Shown here: positions 17,801 to 26,800 of the stretch, piece after piece
Position numbering within the stretch: the first letter of the stretch is position 1
Layout: each line of letters begins with the position of its first letter
IMG/VR virus record: IMGVR_UViG_3300022719_000039
Coordinates: 1-64,000 of that record
Length of the DNA: 64,000 bases
Origin: a virus
Reading direction: 5' to 3' (one strand)
Notes under the pieces: model-generated
What the model was told of the DNA's origin: nothing
The model's input: only the letters and a program-made list of their open reading frames with translations
The model's database searches: none
Made by a program: the position numbers and the translations under genes

Positions 17801-20800
17801 ACTAAGATTTTCAAAGTCTATAGCTTCTACCTTGTTAAGTCTTTTAACTACACCATTAAAAGTACTATCCAAGCTTTCTTGTATTAAGGCGAGGCCTCGT
17901 GCAGGTTCTAACCTATCCAACAAATTGATTAAATGTTCAGTTTCCTGTCTAAACTTTCTATTATCCCTAAATTTATCTATTTGCTTAAATAAACTTTTTA
18001 TTTTTCTATCTATAAATTCCGATGCGGTTTCTTCTGCCTTATTTTTTGACTTTTGTTCTTGTATATAATCAGAGGGCTTACCATCAAGTTTTCTTTGTAT
18101 ATCAGAATCAATCATTTGTCTTGCCAATTCTCTTGCACTATTATTATTAATTCCAAATATTCTGGCAATTCTATTAAACAAATTGCGTATCCATCTAACT
18201 AACCTATTTTGTTTTTTAGAATCTTTAAAAACTCCAACACCTTCTCTACCTATTGCGGTAACTAGTACTTCCTTAGCTAATCTATCACCAGATAAATCTT
18301 TGTAAGTATTGGCTACGTCATTCCATAGCTTAGAACCTTTAAGCTGTTTAATTCCTGATTGTACTAAGGGATGATTAATTCCTAATAAGTCAATATAAAT
18401 ATGTCCAAATTCATGTATAACTGTATCATCAAAAACTCTTTTAGGGTTTAATTCTATAGTAAAAGAACCATCTGAATTTTGTGGCAGTACTCTTGCATTA
18501 GTCTCTGTATCTTCTAATTCCTCATTAAATATAATTTCTACATTAATGCCTGCTCCTGCAAAATTTCTTTTTAAAGTTTCTACTTTTTCAGCAATTGCAT
18601 CTTTCTGCTCCAATTCCCCTTCACTAAATTCTTGTCTTTGTGATGATTTAGCCTTTAATTCCTTTAATTTTCTTTCAAATTCTTCAGCATTTTCGACTCC
18701 TTCAGTACCAGTATTCTCTTCTTCTATTGATAAGTCTATGGGTTCATTTCTTTCATCTAAACGAGCATTCCAATCTATAAATTCTGGTAATACGTGTACA
18801 GATTCATCTTCCATTAAGTTATTTACAGCTTCTTCAAAAGAATTAAAAGGTAATTTATCACCTAAGTAAGGATTGTTACTTTCTATCTCTGTTCTGCCAT
18901 ATTCTACAAATCTCCCCGGAATACCTAATTTTTCTACCGGTGTGTAAAAAACATTATTATTGCTTTCTCCTATTCTTGCATATATAAAGTCACTATCTTG
19001 TATAAACTTTTTATCTTTAAAACTAAATCTGGGATTATATATGAAAGGAGCACTGGCTACCTTATTATACTCATTGCTTTCTTTATTAACTACTAGATAA
19101 CCTTTACTATTTGGCCTCCATTTTCTACCTCTAACTCTAGGAACTACATCAGGATTTTTCCAATTATTCCTGATAAAATCTCCTATATGCACAAAGTCAA
19201 ACACATCCATTACATCTGACTTATTTGCTACTTTTAAAGCATTTCCTAGCGTCTTACCAACACCAAGACTAACTAAGGTTTCAGTAGGTATTATATTGGA
19301 GAATGAATTCCTGCCAAAATTCATACCATTTGTAGCAAAAGAATACCTTATTAAATCTTCCCCCAATTCTCTAAGGTCTACTCTATCTTGTTCTTCTTTA
19401 TTTAACTTCTGTCCTTTTCTTAGCTTGGATTCAATAGTAGCATTAGTAGCATTGATCATGTTTAATAAGGATTCCGTTAAGATATTTTCTCTATTATTAT
19501 CATTAACCTGTCTAAAATCTATTATGTGTAGTCCTTTATTTTCTTCTATATCTGATTCACTAATTTTCGGATTTAAAAAGTCTAATATATGCTCCCCTGT
19601 ACCTAGTAAATCCTTTCTCTTTTGTTTAAGCTCCTTTAACTTTTGAGCAGTCGATTTATTAGATTCTCTAAGGTCATCTGCATTATTTTGAGTTATTCCC
19701 ATAACTCTGGCAGTATCAATATGAGCAAAGAAGTCATTTCCCAACCTTAACAGAGTTGATGTAGAAAAGTTATGAAGCCTGTTTAGTAAAGCCGGATCAT
19801 TCTTTACTCCTCTGTTTACAGCAAAGTTAGATAAGTTCCTATAAGCTCTGCTTGCCTGTATAAATACATTAGAATAAAATTTTAAGCTAAGTAAGTTTGA
19901 GTAATTATAGAAAGCCGCTAAAGGTTTATAAGCACTTTCCTCTACGTCAATAATAGGAGAATCTTGTGTCAAGTCTAATGGCAATATTGCTTGTATAGCT
20001 GCTTGTTCACCAGACAAGAATCTAGGCCCTAATTGCTCTTTATTATTACCAAAGTCAAAAGGATATATGCTTGCATCCCTTATTTTATTTAGTATTTCAT
20101 CTGTAGTACTTAAAAAAGGCCCTGCGCCGATAGTATCTAACTTAGAAGCCTGTACAGTTGTGTTTATTGCATCACTAGCCTTCTTAAAAGTATAGAAGTT
20201 ATGAACTACACGTAACTGATTAGATAGATAAGTTAATCTTTCTTGTGATCTATCTACTTCCTGACCTTCTTTTGTTAACAGAGGAAATTTAGAAGAATCT
20301 TTAATAGCTTTATTAAGTTGTCCAAAGCTAAAAGCTGTTACTTTATAAGGATTAAAACCTAGCCTTTGAACAACTTCTGCCCTTTTTAGCTTTTTAAATG
20401 TTTCTGCAATTACTTTTGCTCTTTCCAATGTAACATTTCTAGTAACTGCTATTATTTCTGTTATAATTGCTGTTTCTGCTTCTTTCCTATCATTAACTTC
20501 AGAAATTAGTCCAACAGAAGGCTGTGATATAAAAGATGCTGCTGTATTTATATCAATACCAGTAGATACTAAAGAATGAAATATAGGAAATGTTAATGTT
20601 GTAGTTCCTATTCTGCCAAGTACAGGATTATTAACATTATCTACAGCAGCAGCTAATGTTTCTGCTGATATTTCAGTAAGAAGTTCTCCTTGTATATTTA
20701 AATTTGAACCATCTACAGTATGTCCAACATTACTAAATTCTATAGTAATACTATCTTTATCTTCATTAACTATAGAATCAGCATATCTTTTTCTAACAGT

Positions 20801-23800
20801 ATCTACATCTAAAGCTTTTTTGCTATATTTAAATTTAAAAGCTATGTCTTTTCTTATACGTCCTTTAATTTCTTGAGCTACAGGCAGAAAAGAATTAAGG
20901 TTAGCTGCTATACCTTTTAATTCTCTACCAGCAATATTTTGTTTCCTAAACGATAATTGGGAGCTATAACTAGAAAAAGCCTGTTCAAGTTGTTTAACAC
21001 CTTTTAATTCATCAAGTCTGTCTGCTGCTTTTTCTAGTCTACTAAATCCAGTTGCATTCAATACTTCTACTCTGTGTTTCTTATCAGATAATACAGACCT
21101 CATTATGTCAATTAATCTATTCTCTCTTGCCTGTATAGAATTATCACTAGGTAACTTACTAGAGTTATACTTTATCTTTTTTCTGTTATTGTCCAAGTTA
21201 TACCTAAACATAAATAACTCATCTACATCAAAGTCAGAATTCATTTGTACAGCTAACTCTTTAGGTATGTTTATTAAAGATGAAGATTCTTTAGGTAGGA
21301 ATCCTACAACTTTTAAAACAACAGTTGTACTTTTAGAATCGGTAGGTATTCTTATGCCTAACATTTCTAAAGCTTCATCTGGTATACTATCTATTGGTAC
21401 AGGATTACCATTTTTACTAAAAAACTTAGAAGTCCATCTAGGCACTAATACCTCTGCCTCCATAATATTACCTTTTTCAACATACTGTAACTCAAGACCT
21501 TCTTCCCTTTCCAAAACTTCCTTTGTATATTCTATCCCCGTATCTAATACTTCTCCTAAATCTTCTACTGTTTGACCTCTTTTCATAAAGGTGTTAGAAA
21601 ATTGTACAGCAGCAAAACCGGGTAATTTTTGATTAGTAACCCTGTTAGTAAATAACGATGTGGCTAAAGCTTCAAATTTCCTACCTAGATTAGGACTAAA
21701 TAAGGGTAAATTAAACTCTTCTTTTCCTGTTAGAGGAGTTTGTAAAGCCTGATCATAATTAAGTGGTAGTAATCTGTCAGAAGCTTCTTTTCTAAATATG
21801 CTTCTTAGTTTTTGTAAATTTAATAAAGTGGTTTGTAGATCATCATTTTCTATTATTCCTCCTAACTCCTCAACTAACCTAGTTCCAGAATCTACAATGT
21901 TTTGACTATAAATATCAAAGAATAACTTTAAAAGCTTATCTCCTTGTATACTTTTACCATCTACTGTATACTTTTTATCTTTTTGTAAATTACCATGAAA
22001 TATTCTTGAAACTTGTGTGGCCAGTTTAGTTCTTGAATCCTGAATATGGCCGGGAACTTCTAATACTGTTTGCCAGAATCTGCTTGGTATAGTTTCTATA
22101 GGGGCAGATTTAAGACTAGCTATGTTTACATTACCTTCTTCATCATGAATCCTAGTTACATTTTTAGTTCCTACTTTAGAAGCACTGGCATATATAACTT
22201 CATCAACTCCATTCCCCTCCATATCAGTTCTTATCTTGTCTATTTCAAGACCTTTAGTTAATCTTGGGATAAGGGGTATAGTAGAGTACTTTATTTGCCT
22301 TGTAACAAATATTCCTAAATCATTATCAAAAAATCTACCATGATAGAATCCTTTTCTAGGTTCTAATAAGGTTTGTAACTCGTCACTTTCTAAGTTTTCC
22401 CCTCTAGAAGCTCTTTCTATTAATTCTTCTAAGTTAGGCGTTAACTTGCCTTCATCTAACAAAATATTTTTTAATCTTTCTAAAGTTATGTAACCACTAG
22501 CATCTGTACTTTCAAAATTTCTATATAAGTTTGCTGTTTCTTTATTAGTAAGTTCTTCTACTCTATTTGCAAGCTTAGAAGAAAAGACAACATCGGCAAG
22601 TACTTTATAAGTTATGTTATTTTTAGTATTAATTCCAGAACCCTTAATTCCGGGAACTATAAACCCTTTAGCCCTTTTATTTACCTGACCATCATTAGAA
22701 CTTTCCTTAAATTCTGACGGACTTCCTATAAATAAATTTAAGGTTTCAGTATTAGCAATAAAATAATTTAAGGCAAACTCCGATACAAACTCATCATAGT
22801 TAAGATTTTGCTTGCTTGTAATACTTTCTATATTCTTTCTTATAGGTTCAAAAGACTCTTTAACTCTTTGAGTTTCTAAAAATACAAATTCTGCAATAGC
22901 ATCTTCTATCTGTTCTATACTCTCATTTCCTTGTAAACCATTCTTTATAACACCATTTAGTCTAAGATTACTATTATTCAGACTAGGAAAATGGTGAAAT
23001 TGGAATACTCTTCCAACCGGTATACCATCTTTAGAATAAACTCTATTTCCATTACTATCTAAAGTATAGTGATAATCTAATAATAACTGCTCTTCTTTAA
23101 GTCCTTCTTTTAGCTTTAATTCCCTTGTTTCAGCATCTACTACAGGTAAACCATCGTTATCTAATTCAAACAAAGCATTTTTTGCATGAATCATGGAATC
23201 CATCTCTTGTAGTATTATATTTCTTAAAGCATCATGTAATTCATTGCCTTTTTGAAGAACACCCCCCGGACTAAAGTTGCCTCTATATCTTTTACTTCTT
23301 ATATAATAAACAACTCCACCATCTGAAGGTATAGGAATAGAATACTTGGCAGTATTAATAGTTTTTCTATTAAGTACGTCTGTATCATTTATAAACTTGA
23401 GTACGTTAATAAGATTCCAACCATTATTATCTAGTTTGCTATACTTAGTACCTACAAATTCATCAGCATTTTTAACAGCATCAAAAAGTGTGTAACCAAA
23501 CCTTTCTAAAAAATCTGTATTTAGTACAGGTAATCCTTCACTATCTGTTAAGAAATTATCTCCTTCAAACTTAACTATTTGTCTTAACCAATTTGATCTG
23601 TTTAAGTTTTTTGAATTCAAATAGTTTAATAACTGTCTCTTAAATTCTGTCTTTTCTTCTGGTATTTGAGACTTTGCAAGCGCAAAGAAATCACTTAAAA
23701 AAGTAGGCAAATAAACTGATTGCACTAAATTATTTTCCCCATTTAAATAACTATTTTCAGTTACGTCAAATCTATATAAAGAGGTTCTTCTTGTTACTCT

Positions 23801-26800
23801 CCTTATATCTCCTAGTATGTCTACTCCGCCCTCTGATAAAGTATTAAGTATTCTATTTAAAGGAGTTATAAATCTAAATTCTAATAAAGAGCTAGGATTA
23901 CCAAAACTATTAAGACCTATTGCATCCTGTGATTCAGCTTCGAACATTTGTTCTAAGAAATTTTCCCCATCACGTACTACATCAAATCCTAGAAGGGAAT
24001 AGACATTTGAAAGCTCTTTAAATATACTATCTTTATTCTTGGGAAAGTTATCTAATAATCTCTCTAATTTGTTTATCTTAGTCCTTACTTCTTTAATGCT
24101 AAACAGCCCATCTTCAAATCTACTTAAAATGTTAGTACTCCATTCAGAAGCTAAATTCAGTTGAGGGCTATTGTTATTTGATATTAAAGTTTTATGAGTT
24201 ATGCTATCATCGTCTAATAACTCTACTATATCTAAGTCTGCTCTTGGAGATTGATTAGAAAAATGAGAAAACCAAGCACTTAACCACCTCTCATTGCTTT
24301 CCAGTTGATCTTTTAGATAGCCTAAACTAGGATCAAATCTTGATAATTGTCCTAGCTTGAATAACATGCCTTCTGTACTGTGTATGTTTGCCAGATTATT
24401 TAATAAGTAGGGATATACTGAATCGAAGTCCAGAAATTGTTTAAGACCTAAAAAATTACTGGTTTTAGGCACATATCTCTTTTTACCATCTTTTGTAATA
24501 TCAATTTTTTCTACAGCAAAAGTAGTTCTGATTATGCTTTTAAGTAAGTCTGTAACTCTGTTCTTAGGATTGATACTTAACGTACCTTCATCTTCAAAAG
24601 GTTTGACAAGTAATACACTTTCCTGATTAAGAACATCTTCAAATGCAGCAACTCCACTTTGTTGTACTATTTTGTCCTTAGTAATCTCCCAAATGTTTCC
24701 AAACTCTGTCAGAACTCTATTAACATTTGTTCTCTGACTTTCATTTAATTCTACAGACTTTCTCTTAAAAGCATCAATTATAGTTGTCTTATGCTGTTCT
24801 TCGCTAAAGTCTGGATTATTTCTTTTAGATATTTCAAACAAAGGTATTATGGCATTTACAGCAAGCCTTGTTTCAACATTACTTAATGAACCTGTGTCAG
24901 CTTTTTTATTTGTTTCCAAAGGAATCATAAACTGGGTCAGATCATTATTATCTGTATTAGTATTTATATCCTCATTTTTTACATTGAAACTTAATCCCTG
25001 ACCATCAAGAATTTTAGTTAATTCGTCTAACTTTGTAGGCTGACCTGTAATTTGCTCTATTATGTCTAATATTATATTCTTTAATTGTTGCCATAATGTT
25101 TCTTTTTTACCCGGAACAATATCTTTGTCAGCAGATAAAGAAGTAAGCCATTTAGCCATACTTAGATTAGTGTATGCAAACGCTACTACTTCTTGTGGTG
25201 AATTATTAATTATATGACTAAGTTTACTCCTAACATCTGAAGGAGCATCAAGTATCTTATCTTTAATGCTATTAACAAAGGCTAGAAGGTCATTATCTAA
25301 TCTTGCCTTATCTACAATCCCTCTTGATAAAATTGCATGAATAGCTTCATGTGCTAAAGCTTCCTCTAGGCTAACCTTTACCTCTTCAGTAGATTCTGCC
25401 ATCTCTATTGCATTTCTGGCAAATGATATAGTATTATTAGAGCTATCATATATAGCAAAAGCATTAGTATTACCTTGTGAAGATACAGATTCCGAACTCA
25501 TATTAACTCCCAACTTTCTGGCGGCTTCAAGTATAGGCATAAATTTTGAGTTTTCTAATCCAACGGATTTAGCAAAGTCTATTATGCTACCACTCCAATC
25601 AGCATTTGAAAGCTTATGAGTTACAGTACTAGTATCTTTTTCTAATTGCTCTTTAGTAGCTAAAGGTTTTACACTTGAAAATAAAAAACCTTCATCTTCT
25701 TCTGTTTTTTGTTCCTTGTTTAAGTTAAATTCTCCTATAGCTAGAACTAGGTTAGACTTAGGTGCTTTTCCTTTAAGAGAAAAGTTAGTAATTATTTCCC
25801 CTTTACTGTTTTTAACTACTCCTACATCTGTTACAAGTCCTCTGGTTTCATTTATAAAAGTATTATAATTAGAATAAACAGTACTATTATCTAATGGGCT
25901 AATATATTCTTTATTAGTGTTAGCCAAGTTTCCATCTATATTCCTTAGTAATCTAGGAAGAGCTTTCTTGATTAAGGAAGATGATTCTATTTGGTCGATA
26001 CTTATATCTTTAGAGGGTTTGGTTACTTTGAATTTACCATTCTTTTGTTGTATAGATTCCCTTATTCTAAGTATGGTTGTATCAGTTTTATCTTTTTTAT
26101 TATAAAAAATTTCTACTCTTTTTCTAGTGCCTGATTCATCTATATAAGATAATTCCAGTCTGTCTTGAGTAAAGTATACTCCACCTTTACCCTGAAAAGT
26201 AATCTGGTTAATAGTATCTTTTAACTTAATACCTGCCTGTGATGTTAGGAAGGAACTACTGTTAAGTGTAACATTTTCAATTAACTGTTTAATTAACCCT
26301 CCCACTCTTTCCTGAAATGGGGTAGTCAATCTTTGACTTACAAGCTTTACAGGAAACCTTTCTTCGTTAGGTGCCTCTACTACAGTATAAATAGCTCCTT
26401 TAGTATAAGTTTTATCCCTGTTATTGAGAACAGATTCAAAATCTCTTGTTCTTCTGCTGAATTCTCTTTCAGATTCAGGAGCATTAAAGGCTTTAAGATT
26501 TGTAGAAGAAGAACCTATTGTATATAACTTAATGTTTTCCCCAAATGAATCAAATAACCTTACTTTTTTAGCTATGTTAATTATACTACCAGAGTTTAAC
26601 TTTATTATTTTAGCATTACCTATATCTATACTTGATTCTGTTTTAGATGCACCTTGCAACATCTTAGCAGCTTTATTTCTTAAAGACCTTATAGTTTGCA
26701 AATCTTTTTCAGCGCCTTTAATCCTCTCATCTTTTTCAGCCTCACTTAATGTTTGATTTCTACTTAATTTTGTCTTTAAGATTTCTATAAATTTATCTTT